NCBI GenBank assembly: GCA_947499145.1
Contig: CANMNB010000001.1
Span: forward strand, 865-64,864
Source of the DNA: an uncultured Arachnia sp.
GTDB lineage: Bacteria; Actinomycetota; Actinomycetes; Propionibacteriales; Propionibacteriaceae
Direction of reading: 5' to 3'
DNA length: 64,000 nt
The position numbers and the translations under genes are program-made. Below are positions 47,989-58,192 of this stretch, piece after piece. Each line of letters starts with the position of its first letter. Positions within the stretch are counted from its first letter, which is position 1. The notes under the pieces were generated by a model. The model searched no databases. It worked only from the letters and a program-made list of their open reading frames with translations, and was not told the origin of the DNA.

Positions 47989-49734
47989 GTGGCCGTGCTG
48001 AGACGAGACCTGACCCGGCCCGACGTGTGGGCACCCAACGCCGAACAAGTCGAGGTCGTCGTCGACGGACGGGCGCGGCCGATGCGTCGCTCCAAGCGCC
48101 CCGGCTGGTGGGAGCCGGTGGAGCCACTCGCCGTCGGCGCGCGATACGCGTACTCCGTCGACGGCGGGGCACCTCTGCCCGATCCGCGGGCGCTCTCCCA
48201 GCCCGAGGGAGTGCACGGTCCCAGCGAGGTGGTCGACCCGTCGATCCTGCAGCGCGATACCACCTGGCGCGGCCTCGACGTCCGCGGCAGGGTGCTCTAC
48301 GAACTGCACGTCGGTACGTTCACCGAGGAGGGGACCCTCGACGCGGCGATCACCAAGCTCGCCCACCTGGCCGAGCTCGGCGTCGATGCCGTCGAGCTGA
48401 TGCCCGTGGCGACGTTCCCGGGCGAGCGCGGCTGGGGCTACGACGGCGTTGGCCAGTATGCGGTGCACCACGCCTACGGGGGGCCGGCAGCCCTCGCCCG
48501 CTTCGTCGACGCCGCCCACTCCCGCGGGATCGCCGTGCTCCTGGACGTTGTCTACAACCACTTCGGTCCCGAGGGCAGCTACGTCGGCCAGTTCGGCCCC
48601 TACTTCACCGACCACCACCAGACCCCGTGGGGCGACGCCGTCAACATGGACGACGACGGCAGCGACGAGGTGCGCGCCTTCCTCATTGGCGCGGTGCGGC
48701 AATGGTTGGTGGACTTCCAACTGGACGGCCTGCGCCTCGACGCCGTGCACGCCATCGCCGACGACTCCGAGCCGCACTTCCTCGCCGAGCTCGCGGACGT
48801 CGTCGATGCCATGGCCGACGAGGTCGGACGCCCCCTGACGCTCATCGCAGAGTCAGACCTGAACCAGCCCGCGATGGTCTCGCCCGTCGGATCGGTCCCG
48901 GGCGCCCGCGGCATGGACGCCCAATGGGCGGACGACGTCCACCACGCGCTCCACAGCTTCCTGACCGGCGAGACGCAGGGCTACTACGTCGACTTCGGCT
49001 CAGCGCAGACTCTCGCGAAGGCCCTGACCCGGGTCTTCGTGCACGACGGCGGACACTCCACCTTCCGCGACCGGCCGTGGGGCGCCCCGATCGACCCCCA
49101 CAGCGATCTCTACGACGGCCACTCGTTCGTCGTCTTCCTGCAGAATCACGACCAAGTGGGCAACCGCGCCGTTGGCGACCGCATCGGCCACACGATCGCA
49201 CCCGCGCTGCAGGCCGCCGGCGCAGCGCTCTACCTCCTGGGCCCGTTCACGCCGATGCTGTTCATGGGCGAGGAGTGGGCCACCGCCTCACCGTTCCCCT
49301 ACTTCTCCCATCTCGGCCCCGAACTCGGCCCGAAGGTGACCGAGGGTCGGGCGCGGGAGTTCGCGCACATGGGCTGGGACGCCGCGACGCCGGACCCGCA
49401 GGACGAGGCCACCGTCCGCAGCGCGGTGCTGGACTGGGCTGCGCGCGAGAACGGCGACCACGACCGGATGCTCGACTGGTACCGAACCCTCATCGCCCTG
49501 CGGCGCCGCGATCCTGACCTTCGCGACCCCCGACTATCAAACGCCTCCGTCGCCGTCGTCGACGACGACTCGGTGGTCATGCGTCGCGGGGGCTTCTCGG
49601 TCGCCGTGACCCGCTCCCCATCGGGCGCCCGGTTCAACCTGGCCGGCGAGATCGTCGCTGCTTGGGACGAACCGCGCGTCACCGCCAGTTCCCTGGTCCT
49701 GGACGGCCCCGGGGTCGTGGTCACGAAGGCCTGA
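47989..49734 (+). CDS. treZ: Malto-oligosyltrehalose trehalohydrolase
   Basis: VWAP, YELHVGTF, WGYDGV, DVVYNH, RLDAVHA, QNHDQVGNR. The true start may be GTG 47995 (TAGGAT-N6). Confidence 0.97.
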   Translation: MAVLRRDLTRPDVWAPNAEQVEVVVDGRARPMRRSKRPGWWEPVEPLAVGARYAYSVDGGAPLPDPRALSQPEGVHGPSEVVDPSILQRDTTWRGLDVRGRVLYELHVGTFTEEGTLDAAITKLAHLAELGVDAVELMPVATFPGERGWGYDGVGQYAVHHAYGGPAALARFVDAAHSRGIAVLLDVVYNHFGPEGSYVGQFGPYFTDHHQTPWGDAVNMDDDGSDEVRAFLIGAVRQWLVDFQLDGLRLDAVHAIADDSEPHFLAELADVVDAMADEVGRPLTLIAESDLNQPAMVSPVGSVPGARGMDAQWADDVHHALHSFLTGETQGYYVDFGSAQTLAKALTRVFVHDGGHSTFRDRPWGAPIDPHSDLYDGHSFVVFLQNHDQVGNRAVGDRIGHTIAPALQAAGAALYLLGPFTPMLFMGEEWATASPFPYFSHLGPELGPKVTEGRAREFAHMGWDAATPDPQDEATVRSAVLDWAARENGDHDRMLDWYRTLIALRRRDPDLRDPRLSNASVAVVDDDSVVMRRGGFSVAVTRSPSGARFNLAGEIVAAWDEPRVTASSLVLDGPGVVVTKA

Positions 49735-49748
49735 GTCCGGACACGACG

Positions 49749-49779
49749 GACGCCCCGGCCCTTGCGGGTCCGGGGCGTC
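49749..49779. terminator. Stem-loop between convergent treZ and GlsB-family genes
   Basis: GACGCCCCGG-CCC-TTGC-GGG-T-CCGGGGCGTC. Confidence 0.7.
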
Positions 49780-49794
49780 GACGTGGCTGGTGGA

Positions 49795-50070
49795 TCAGAC
49801 GGTGGTGCGGCCGCGCTTGGCGTAGAACGCCTCGGCCGTGCCCACCAGCGCAACCGCGACGATGATCGCGACGATGGCGCCGATGATGTTGAGCTCCCAG
49901 ATGTTGCCGGTGCCCAGCAGGCTGGCGACGAGGCCGCCGACCAGCGAGCCGACGACACCCAGCAGCAGCGTCATCCAGACGTTGAGGTGCTGCTTGCCCG
50001 GCTTGATGAGACGAGCCACAGCGCCGACGACGAGGCCGAAGGCCAGGAATCCGATGAGGTCCCAGATCAT
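49795..50070 (-). CDS. GlsB/YeaQ/YmgE family stress-response membrane protein
   Basis: GLVVGAVARLIKPG...GVVGSLVGG; AAGGAG RBS. Confidence 0.92.
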   Translation of the reverse strand: MIWDLIGFLAFGLVVGAVARLIKPGKQHLNVWMTLLLGVVGSLVGGLVASLLGTGNIWELNIIGAIVAIIVAVALVGTAEAFYAKRGRTTV

Positions 50071-50204
50071 GGCAGTTTCTCCTTGCAGTTGATGTCATGA
50101 GCGAGTCCGCCTCCACCCATCGAGCGGCGGCGGACCCGGACCAGCCTAACGGGGACACCCCCACCTGAGCACCCCCTGAAAGGGCCGTTCGCTCGTGGCG
50201 GGAC

Positions 50205-50469
50205 TTGTCCACAGGTTGTCCACAGCCCTGTGAATCAGTGTGCAGGACGCGGGGGCCCGGGGCCAGCCGCCTACCCGAGTGCCGCCCGGGGGTCGGGAAC
50301 GAGGGGGCGACCGGCGTCGGCAATCGTGTTGGCAACAGGAAACCCATAGGGCTTCTCCACTGGCCATTCCCACTCATGTGGAGAGCGTCGGTGAGCCTTT
50401 CCCCTTGTCGCAGCCAGATGGCATCAGCCTGATCAGGTTGTACACAGGTGTTCACAAGACTGTGGAGGC
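50205..50469. promoter_or_regulatory. Cluster of DnaA-box-like motifs outside oriC
   Basis: TTGTCCACA at 50205 and 50216; variants TGTGAATCA (50229, reverse), TTGTACACA (50438), GTGTTCACA (50448) and TGTGGAGGC (50461, reverse). Confidence 0.6.
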
Positions 50470-50558
50470 CGACACGCCGCTGAAGTGTGTGTTTCGAACT
50501 GGCGTGACAATCAGCCGAACTCTTGACGCCCTCGCGGGAGGGTGTGATATGGCGGGCG

Positions 50559-51458
50559 TCAGTTACCCGCGGCGCCCTCGGAGGCGTCGCCCTCCACACC
50601 CTTTTCCACAGCCGCCTGAGAGCCGTCTTCAGGCTCGGCGTCGAGGATCGCGCGTCTGCGGGACCACCACCAGAGGGCCACACCGGCCAGCACCATGGGC
50701 AAGGACAGCCACTGCCCCATGCTGAGGCCGGACAAGAAACCGAGGTGCGCGTCGGGTTCGCGCCAGAACTCTGCAATGAATCGGAAGAAGCCGTACCCCA
50801 CGAGGAAGGCAGCCGCCACCTCACCGCGGTAGTGGAGCTTGCGGGCGTACAGCCACAGCAGGATGAACAGCAGCAGACCCTCAAGCAGGGCCTGGTAGAG
50901 CTGCGACGGGTGGCGCGGTACGTCTCCGCCGGTGGGGAAGATCATCGCCCAGGGCAGGTCCGCTGGGGCCTCGCGTCCCCAGAGTTCACCGTTGATGAAG
51001 TTGCCGATCCGGCCGAACGCGAGGCCTATCGGCACCGCCGGGACGAGGAAGTCCGCCACCTGCAGAAAGGGGCGCCCCACGCGCCAGCCATAGATGGCCA
51101 TACCAAGGATGACACCAATGGCACCACCGTGGAAGCTCATACCGCCGTCCCAGATCTTGATGGCGTCAAGCGGATTCTGCAGGTAGTACAGGGGCTTGTA
51201 GAACAGCACGTAGCCGAGCCGTCCGCCGATCAGAACGCCTCCGATCGCGTAGAGCAGGACGTCCTCGATGTCCGTCGGCGTCCAGCGCTTCGGCGTGTCG
51301 ATCGACGCGAACGGCTGGTGCTTCAAGCGCCGCCGCATCAGCAGGTATCCAACGCCGAAACCCAGCAGGTACATCAAGGCGTACCAGTAGATCTTGATGC
51401 CGAAGAACTGGACGGCAACGGGGTTGATGTCGGGGAACTCCAGGACCAGCGGCGTCAT
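50559..51458 (-). CDS. lgt: Prolipoprotein diacylglyceryl transferase
   Basis: WYALMY, GGRLGYVLFY, GGMSFHGG, FGRIGNFINGELWGR, RHPSQLYQ. Confidence 0.96.
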   Translation of the reverse strand: MTPLVLEFPDINPVAVQFFGIKIYWYALMYLLGFGVGYLLMRRRLKHQPFASIDTPKRWTPTDIEDVLLYAIGGVLIGGRLGYVLFYKPLYYLQNPLDAIKIWDGGMSFHGGAIGVILGMAIYGWRVGRPFLQVADFLVPAVPIGLAFGRIGNFINGELWGREAPADLPWAMIFPTGGDVPRHPSQLYQALLEGLLLFILLWLYARKLHYRGEVAAAFLVGYGFFRFIAEFWREPDAHLGFLSGLSMGQWLSLPMVLAGVALWWWSRRRAILDAEPEDGSQAAVEKGVEGDASEGAAGN

Positions 51459-51500
51459 GCGCCCAGCTTTCCACACGCCCCCAAGACCCTCGGCCGGTGA

Positions 51501-51938
51501 TCAGGCGGTGGGGTCCCACGACGGCGAGGCGATCGTCGGCCGGTGGTCCCACGGCTCGGCGAAGGCGGGCGAGGTGATGAGCAGGTCGGCGCTGGCTGGG
51601 TTCAGGGCCATGGGCACGTTGTACACGGTGCCGATGCGCAGCAGTGCCTTGACGTCCGGGTCGTGGGGCTGGTTGGACAGCGGGTCCCAGAAGAAGATCA
51701 GGCTGTCGAGACGGCCCTCCGCGATCATGGCGCCGATCTGCTGGTCACCACCCACGGGCCCGGACAGCAGCAGCGTGACGTCCAGCTCGAGCTCGCGGGC
51801 GAGCATCTTGCCCGTGGTTCCGGTCGCGAAGAGGTGGTGGCCGTCCAGCGCCTCCTGGTTTGCCCGGACCCATTCGAGCAACTCTTGCTTCTTGTTGTCG
51901 TGCGCGACCAGCGCAATGGTATGCCTCGTTCCGTGCAT
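51501..51938 (-). CDS. mgsA: Methylglyoxal synthase
   Basis: [39 protein letters not shown]. Confidence 0.97.
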   Translation of the reverse strand: MHGTRHTIALVAHDNKKQELLEWVRANQEALDGHHLFATGTTGKMLARELELDVTLLLSGPVGGDQQIGAMIAEGRLDSLIFFWDPLSNQPHDPDVKALLRIGTVYNVPMALNPASADLLITSPAFAEPWDHRPTIASPSWDPTA

Positions 51939-51992
51939 GCCCGGCCTCTCCCCTGTGTGATGGCTCCACGGTACGCGGCGCGCTCGACGACG

Positions 51993-52395
51993 TCAGGACA
52001 ACCCGAACCATCGGGACGACACGTCGCGGAGCGCTTGGGGCAACGTGCCACCGCCACCGCTGGTGACGACCAACCCGTACACCATCCGGACAGCGGTCAG
52101 GACGTCGTCGACGACGAGGTCAGCACGCACCTCGCCCAACCGCACGGCCTGGGCGACATGCGGCCGGAAGAGGTCGCCGAGCCTCTCATTCCCACCGAAG
52201 TCCGGCATCGTGCGTCTGGCCTCCACCGCCATTTCCACGAATGCTGAGGAGGCGACCACCTCGTCCACGAGGCACTCCCACAGCCGCCGGAAGGACCCGG
52301 GACCGACCTCCTGCGCCAGCTCTTCGAGCCGAAAGAAGTTCTCCTCAAACACCGCCAGAGCCAGGTCGAGCCTCCGCGGGAAGTGCCGGTACAAG
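51993..52395 (-). pseudogene. TetR family regulator lacking most of its N-terminal HTH
   Basis: Homology begins at LYRHFP (last HTH helix). Upstream sequence on this strand is the antisense of the kstD-like remnant. Confidence 0.8.
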
Positions 52396-53907
52396 TGGGG
52401 CGGCAGTACCGCCATGTCAGGCGGCGGCCTGTGGCTGCCCAACAACCCGCTGATGAAACGCGCCCGGGTCGCGGACTCCCGCGAGGCGGCACTGGATTAC
52501 ATGGAGGCATCGATCGGCGACGTCGGCCGCACCACCTCCCGCGCACGCAAGGAGGCCTTCGTGGACTCCGTCGACGACTTCGTCACCACGGCGGAGAAGT
52601 ACGGCGTGACGTTCGTCCGCGCCGCGGAGTACCCGGACTACTACCCCGAGCTGCCCGGCGGCCGCATCGGCCGGGCCATCGAGGTCAAGCCGTTGGACTC
52701 CAAGCTGCTGGGCGAGTGGTACAACACCCTTCGTCTGACCGCTCCCCTGCCCATCAAGACCGACGACGTCTGGCTCATCCAGCGCGCGTGGTCCACCCTC
52801 GCGGGGTTCAGGCGCGGGGCGCGGCTGGTGTTCCGGATGCTCGGGTTCGTGTTGACGGGCAAGCGCGGCGTGGGCATCGGGGCGGCCTTTGCGACCGCGA
52901 TGTTCCTGGCCACCGTCGAGAAGGGCGGGGCCAAGCTTTGGCTCGACTCGCCCGTCGAGGAGCTCCTGACGGACGGCGACCGCATCGTCGGCGTCCGCAT
53001 CACCCGCGACGGCCGCACCCAGACCATCGGCGCTCACCGTGGGGTGATGCTGGCGGGCGGCGGCTTCGACCACAACACCCAGATGCGTCTCGAGCACCAC
53101 GGCATCGAGGGCGACAGCTCCGGCAACCCCGGCAACGTGGGCGGCCCGATCCGGCTCGCCCGGGACACCGGAGCGGCCATGGAACTCCTCGACGACGCCT
53201 GGTGGGGAGCGTCGGTGGCCGGCGTCGACGGCGGGGACCCGTCGTTCATCATGGGCGAGCGCGCCCTGCCCTACTGCATCATCGTCGACCAGAAGGGGGA
53301 CCGGTTCGCCAACGAGGCCGAGTCCTACGTCGACCTCGGGCACCACATGCTCAAGCATGACAAGGACGGCGCCTACTGGATCATCGGCGAGGCCCGGCAC
53401 GCCCACCGCTACATGCGGACCTATGCCATCGACCCGCGGAAGAACAAGGCCCTGGCCGCCGCCGGGATGATAGCGAAGGCGGGCACCATCGAGGAGCTGG
53501 CCCGCAAGATCGGGATGGAGCCCGGCCGGCTGCGCGCCACCGTCGAGCACTTCAATGGCTTCGCCCGAGCGGGCGTGGACGACGATTTCGCCCGGGGCAA
53601 GTCCGCCTACGACCGGTACTACGGCGACCCGACCGTCGTGCCGAACCCCAACCTGGGCCCGTTGGAGAAGGGGCCGTTCACGGCGTACCGCGTCGTGATC
53701 GGCGACCTGGGCACCAAGGGTGGAGTGGTGACCGACGAGTTCGGCCGTGCGCTGCGCGAGGACGGTTCGGTGATCGAGGGACTCTACGCTGCGGGGAACA
53801 ACTCGGCCTCGGTCATGGGTCGCACGTACCCCGGGCCGGGCTCGACGATCGGACCCGCCGCCGTCTTCGGGATCCGCGCCGCACGGCACATGGCCAGCCT
53901 GGGCTGA
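52393..53907 (+). pseudogene. 3-ketosteroid-delta1-dehydrogenase-like FAD oxidoreductase lacking its N-terminal FAD-binding segment
   Basis: Begins at KWGGSTAMSGGGLWLP with no GxGxxG before it; intact C-terminus GTKGG...GLYAAGN...YPGPGSTIG. Confidence 0.82.
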
Positions 53908-53921
53908 TGGCCTGCTGAGGC

Positions 53922-53948
53922 GGGGTCCGCCGCACGGCGGCGGGCCCC
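53922..53948 (+). terminator. GC-rich stem-loop after the FAD oxidoreductase
   Basis: GGGGTCCGCCGC-ACG-GCGGCGGGCCCC, 12-bp stem with one G-U pair. Confidence 0.6.
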
Positions 53949-54081
53949 ATTCCCATCCTGGGTGCACGATGGACCACGCCCCGTCCGACGCGGCTGCACC
54001 TTTGTCTCCATCGCTCCCCGTTCCCCCTCCCCGACGGGCACGATCGTGCTACAACCATGGAAGAGCCCAAGGAGGGGACCC

Positions 54082-55659
54082 ATGAAGCGTCTGGACACCG
54101 ACGTCGTCGTCATTGGAGGTGGGTCGACCGGCCTGGGGGTGGTGCGGGACGCCGCCATGCGCGGGTACCGCGCGGTCCTCGTCGAGCGCGTCGACCTCGG
54201 GCAGGGCACCACCGGCCGCTTCCACGGCTTGCTGCACTCGGGCGGGCGCTACGTCGTGAGCGACCCCGGCTCGGCCACCGAGTGCGCCGAAGAGAACGCC
54301 ATCCTGCGGCGCATCCAGGCCGACGCGATCGAGGACACCGGGGGCTTCTTCGTGACCCTCGCCGACGATGACCCGGGCTACGCGGACAAGTTCCTGGCCG
54401 GCGCTGCCGCCACCGGAGTGCCTGCCACCGAGATCCCCGTCGCCGAGGCACTGCGCCGCGAGCCGCGGCTCGACCCCCGCATCCAGCGCGCCATCGAGGT
54501 GGCCGACGCCTCCGTCGATGGCTGGCAGCTCGTCTGGGGCGCCGCCCGCTCGGCGATGGCCCACGGGGCCAAGGTCCTCACGTACCACCGCGTCATGAAG
54601 ATCGAGCGCGACGGGGACCGCGTCGCCGCCGTCATCTGCCGCGACGAGAAGGGCGGCGAGGACGTCCGCATCGACTGCACCTTCGTCCTCAACTGCGCCG
54701 GTCCCTGGGCCGGGCAGATCTCGGAGATGGCGGGCGCCGAGCCGGTCGCCGTCGTCCCCGGCCGCGGCATCATGATTGCGATGAACCACCGGCTGGTGAA
54801 CACCGTCATCAACCGCTGCGTCTACCCCACCGATGGCGACATCCTCGTCCCCGTGCACACCGTCTCGGTCATCGGCACCACCGACGTCCACGAGACCGAC
54901 CCCGACCACCTGCCCATCCCGCAGGACGAGGTCCAGCAGATGCTCGACGCCGGCGAGGCCATGATCCCCGGCTTCCGCAAGGCTCGCGCCCTGCACGCCT
55001 GGTCCGGCTCCCGCCCCCTGATCAAGGACAAGCGCGTCTCCGTCGACGACACACGGCACATGAGCCGAGGCATGGCCGTCATCGACCACTCCGAGAGCGA
55101 CGGCCTCTACGGCATGCTCACCATCGGCGGCGGCAAACTCACCACCTACCGTCTGATGGCCGAGCACATCGTCGACGCGATGGACCGCCAGCTCGGCGAG
55201 GAGCGCGTCTGCACCACCGCCGACGAGGTCATCCCCGGCAGCGAGGACCGAAAGCTGTACGCCGTCACCCACCGGCTCGAGGAGCGCGAGGAGGACAGGC
55301 TCGAGGACCCGATCATCTGCGAGTGCGAGCTGATGAACCGTTCGATGTTCGTCGCGGCACTGAAGGAGCAGCCGGACGCCACCCTCGACGACCTCCGCCG
55401 CCAGCTGCGCCTCGGCATGGGTCCGTGCCAGGGCGGGTTCTGCGCGGCACGCGCCGCCGGGATCGCCTGCTCGGAGGAGGTCGTCGACGCCGAGCGCGCC
55501 TCCGGCCTGCTGCGGCTGTTCCTCAAGCATCGGTGGATCGGACTCTGGCCGATCCTCTACGGCCAGCAGGTCCGCCAGACCGCGTTGGACCACTGGATCT
55601 TCACCGGCACGCTCGACGTCGATCACCTGCCCCAGCCCGAGGAAGAGGTCGTGCGATGA
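54082..55659 (+). CDS. glpA: Anaerobic glycerol-3-phosphate dehydrogenase subunit A
   Basis: IGGGSTG, GTTGRFHGLLHSGGRY, GGKLTTYRLMAE, CECE...GMGPCQGGFC; AGGAGG RBS. Confidence 0.96.
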   Translation: MKRLDTDVVVIGGGSTGLGVVRDAAMRGYRAVLVERVDLGQGTTGRFHGLLHSGGRYVVSDPGSATECAEENAILRRIQADAIEDTGGFFVTLADDDPGYADKFLAGAAATGVPATEIPVAEALRREPRLDPRIQRAIEVADASVDGWQLVWGAARSAMAHGAKVLTYHRVMKIERDGDRVAAVICRDEKGGEDVRIDCTFVLNCAGPWAGQISEMAGAEPVAVVPGRGIMIAMNHRLVNTVINRCVYPTDGDILVPVHTVSVIGTTDVHETDPDHLPIPQDEVQQMLDAGEAMIPGFRKARALHAWSGSRPLIKDKRVSVDDTRHMSRGMAVIDHSESDGLYGMLTIGGGKLTTYRLMAEHIVDAMDRQLGEERVCTTADEVIPGSEDRKLYAVTHRLEEREEDRLEDPIICECELMNRSMFVAALKEQPDATLDDLRRQLRLGMGPCQGGFCAARAAGIACSEEVVDAERASGLLRLFLKHRWIGLWPILYGQQVRQTALDHWIFTGTLDVDHLPQPEEEVVR

Positions 55660-56900
55660 GAAGCGCCGTCGTGATCGGGGCCGGACTCGCCGGCCTCACC
55701 GCTGCCCTCCGACTGGCCCGTGCCGGGGTCGGCGTCACACTGGCCACGAAGGGGCCCGGTGGGCTCCAGCTGTCCCAGGGCACCGTCGACGTGCTGGGCT
55801 ACTCCCCCGATCGGGTGACAAAGCCGCTCGAGGCGCTGGGCTCGCTCCCGGCGGAGCACCCGTACGCCTCGGTGGGCGCCGACGTCGTCGGCTCGGCCAC
55901 GTCCTGGCTCGCCGAGCAGCTGGGTCCCGACCTGCTGGTCGGTGACCCGGAATCGAACTTCCACCTGCCAACCGCCGTCGGGGCGCTCCGCCCCACTGCG
56001 CTGGCCCAGCCGTCGATGGTGGCCGGCGACGCGGTCGGTGGCCGCAGCTACGCCGTCGTGGGCGTCCGACAGTTGAAGGACTTCCCCGCCGACCTGGTGG
56101 CCGGGAACCTGGCGCGTTCCACCGCCCCGGACGGGGGTGCCCTGAAGGCGCATTCGGCCTGGATCAGCCTCCGGGCCCGCGACGGCGAGGCCGACCCCTC
56201 CCCCGTCACCTACGCCCGGGCCATGGACGACGAGGCGTTCGCCGAGAAGTTCGCCCGCGAAGTGGCGGCGGTCGCCGGTGAGGCCGATGTCGTCGCGCTG
56301 CCCGCGGTGCTGGGGCTGCGCCGGCGCGACGCGTGGCGACAGGTCGCCGACGTGCTGGGCCGCGAGGTCTGCGAGATCCCGCTCCCGCCGCCGTCGGTGC
56401 CGGGACTGAGGCTCTACGAGGCGCTGCTCGCGCTGGTGCGCTCCGCTGGCGTCCGCTTCATCCAGGGCAGCAGGATCACGGGGTTCACGGTCGAGGGGGA
56501 CCGTGTGGTGGCCGCCACGCTGGCCGCCGCCGGCGGACCGCGCCACCTCGCGGCCGATGCCTTCGTCTTCGCCCCGGGCGGCTTCGAGAGCGGCGCCCTC
56601 GACGTCGACTCCCACGGGACGATCACCGAGCCCGTCTTCGGGCTCCCGCTCACCGCCACCGACGCCAACGCGCTCATCCCGCCGCAGTACTGGGGCCCGC
56701 ACCCACTGTTCGAGGTGGGGGTTCGCGTCGACGGCGCCGGTCGTCCTGTCCATCCCGAGCACGGTGTCGTGCACCCGAACCTGTACGCCGCGGGCGGACT
56801 GATCGCGGGCGCCGAGCGGTGGCGTGAGGAGTCCGGGGACGGCGTCGCCGTCGCCACGGCCGTCCGGGCCGCCGACCACATCACCGGAGGTGCACGATGA
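55656..56900 (+). CDS. glpB: Anaerobic glycerol-3-phosphate dehydrogenase subunit B
   Basis: IGAGLAGL, LPTAVGALRP, PPSVPGLRL; between glpA and glpC. Confidence 0.93.
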   Translation: MRSAVVIGAGLAGLTAALRLARAGVGVTLATKGPGGLQLSQGTVDVLGYSPDRVTKPLEALGSLPAEHPYASVGADVVGSATSWLAEQLGPDLLVGDPESNFHLPTAVGALRPTALAQPSMVAGDAVGGRSYAVVGVRQLKDFPADLVAGNLARSTAPDGGALKAHSAWISLRARDGEADPSPVTYARAMDDEAFAEKFAREVAAVAGEADVVALPAVLGLRRRDAWRQVADVLGREVCEIPLPPPSVPGLRLYEALLALVRSAGVRFIQGSRITGFTVEGDRVVAATLAAAGGPRHLAADAFVFAPGGFESGALDVDSHGTITEPVFGLPLTATDANALIPPQYWGPHPLFEVGVRVDGAGRPVHPEHGVVHPNLYAAGGLIAGAERWREESGDGVAVATAVRAADHITGGAR

Positions 56901-58171
56901 GCCAGAAGTCCCGCGACGAACGGGCCCAGGGCCTGCGCGACCGCCTGAACAACGAACTCCAGCGGCTCAGCCTCGACCAGTGCATCAAGTGCACGATCTG
57001 CGAGACCAGCTGCCCCGTCTCCGCCGTCACGCCGCTGTTCCCGGGGCCGAAGTTCGTCGGTCCCCAGGCGGAGCGGTTCCGCGACGACGAGTCGGTCGAC
57101 CACTCCGTCGACTACTGCTCCAGCTGCGGCACCTGTACGGTCGTGTGCCCGCAGGGCGTCAACGTCGCGGAGCTCAACTCGCTGGCGCGCGCCGTGATGA
57201 AGGCCGAGGACGGCGTGCCCGTCCGTGACCGGGTGATCACGCAGACGGTCCTGATGGGCAAGGCGATGACGCCCGTCGCGCCGATCGCCAACGCAGTGCT
57301 GGACAACAAGCTGGCCCGTTACGCGATGGAGAAGGTCGTCGGCGTGCACCGCGATGCGCCGATGCCGACGGCGCGGGGCGAGTCCCTGCACAAGTGGTTG
57401 AAGAAGCGCCCGAAGCCGACCAAGGCTCCGACGCGCGGCGCGCTGGTCTACTTCCACGGCTGCGCCGGCGGCTACTTCGAGGTCGACGCGGCGAAGAAGG
57501 CCATCGAGGTCCTGGAGCACATCGGCTACGAGGTCATCGTCCCCGACCAGGGCTGCTGCGGCCTCGCCGAGCAGAGCAACGGGCTGTTCGAGCAGGCCAG
57601 CGCGTCGGTGCGCCGCCTCGTCGACCAGCTCCGGACACCCGGCACCGACCTGACGATCATCAGCACGGCCGGCAGCTGCACGGGCATGCTCAAGCACGAG
57701 GCGCACCAGATCCTGGGCATCCACGACCCGGAGCTCCTCGACGTCGGCACCCGCATCCGCGAGATCTCCGAGTTCCTGATGGAGCTCCACGCGGCGGGCG
57801 AGCTGCCCACTGACTTCCAGCCGATCAACATGCGGCTCCCCTACCACGCCCCCTGCCAGCTGAAGAGCCAGGGCATGGGCACCCCGGCGTCGGACCTGCT
57901 CCGGCTGATCCCGGGGCTCGAGGTCATCGACAGTGGCGTCACCTGCTGCGGCATCGCCGGCACGTACGGGCTCAAGAAGGAGAAGTACGACATCGCCCAG
58001 GCCGTGGGCCAGCCGCTGTTCGACATGATCCAGGCCACCAACGACGGCCTGGCGGCCTGCGACACCGAGACCTGTCGCTGGCAAATCGAGAAGTCCAGCG
58101 GCGTCGAGACGGTCCATCCGATCGTGCTGCTGCACCGGGCGTACGGACTGGGTGAGCCGGCGAAGCGCTGA
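56897..58171 (+). CDS. glpC: Anaerobic glycerol-3-phosphate dehydrogenase subunit C
   Basis: Two 4Fe-4S motifs (CIKCTICETSCP, CSSCGTCTVVCP) and CCG domains. Confidence 0.96.
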   Translation: MSQKSRDERAQGLRDRLNNELQRLSLDQCIKCTICETSCPVSAVTPLFPGPKFVGPQAERFRDDESVDHSVDYCSSCGTCTVVCPQGVNVAELNSLARAVMKAEDGVPVRDRVITQTVLMGKAMTPVAPIANAVLDNKLARYAMEKVVGVHRDAPMPTARGESLHKWLKKRPKPTKAPTRGALVYFHGCAGGYFEVDAAKKAIEVLEHIGYEVIVPDQGCCGLAEQSNGLFEQASASVRRLVDQLRTPGTDLTIISTAGSCTGMLKHEAHQILGIHDPELLDVGTRIREISEFLMELHAAGELPTDFQPINMRLPYHAPCQLKSQGMGTPASDLLRLIPGLEVIDSGVTCCGIAGTYGLKKEKYDIAQAVGQPLFDMIQATNDGLAACDTETCRWQIEKSSGVETVHPIVLLHRAYGLGEPAKR

Positions 58172-58192
58172 ACTGGGCGGACGCCGTCGTGT

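Noticed and set aside
50071-50558. This intergenic region as oriC
   Set aside because: No dnaA, dnaN or rpmH nearby, and no AT-rich unwinding element; kept only as a DnaA-box cluster.
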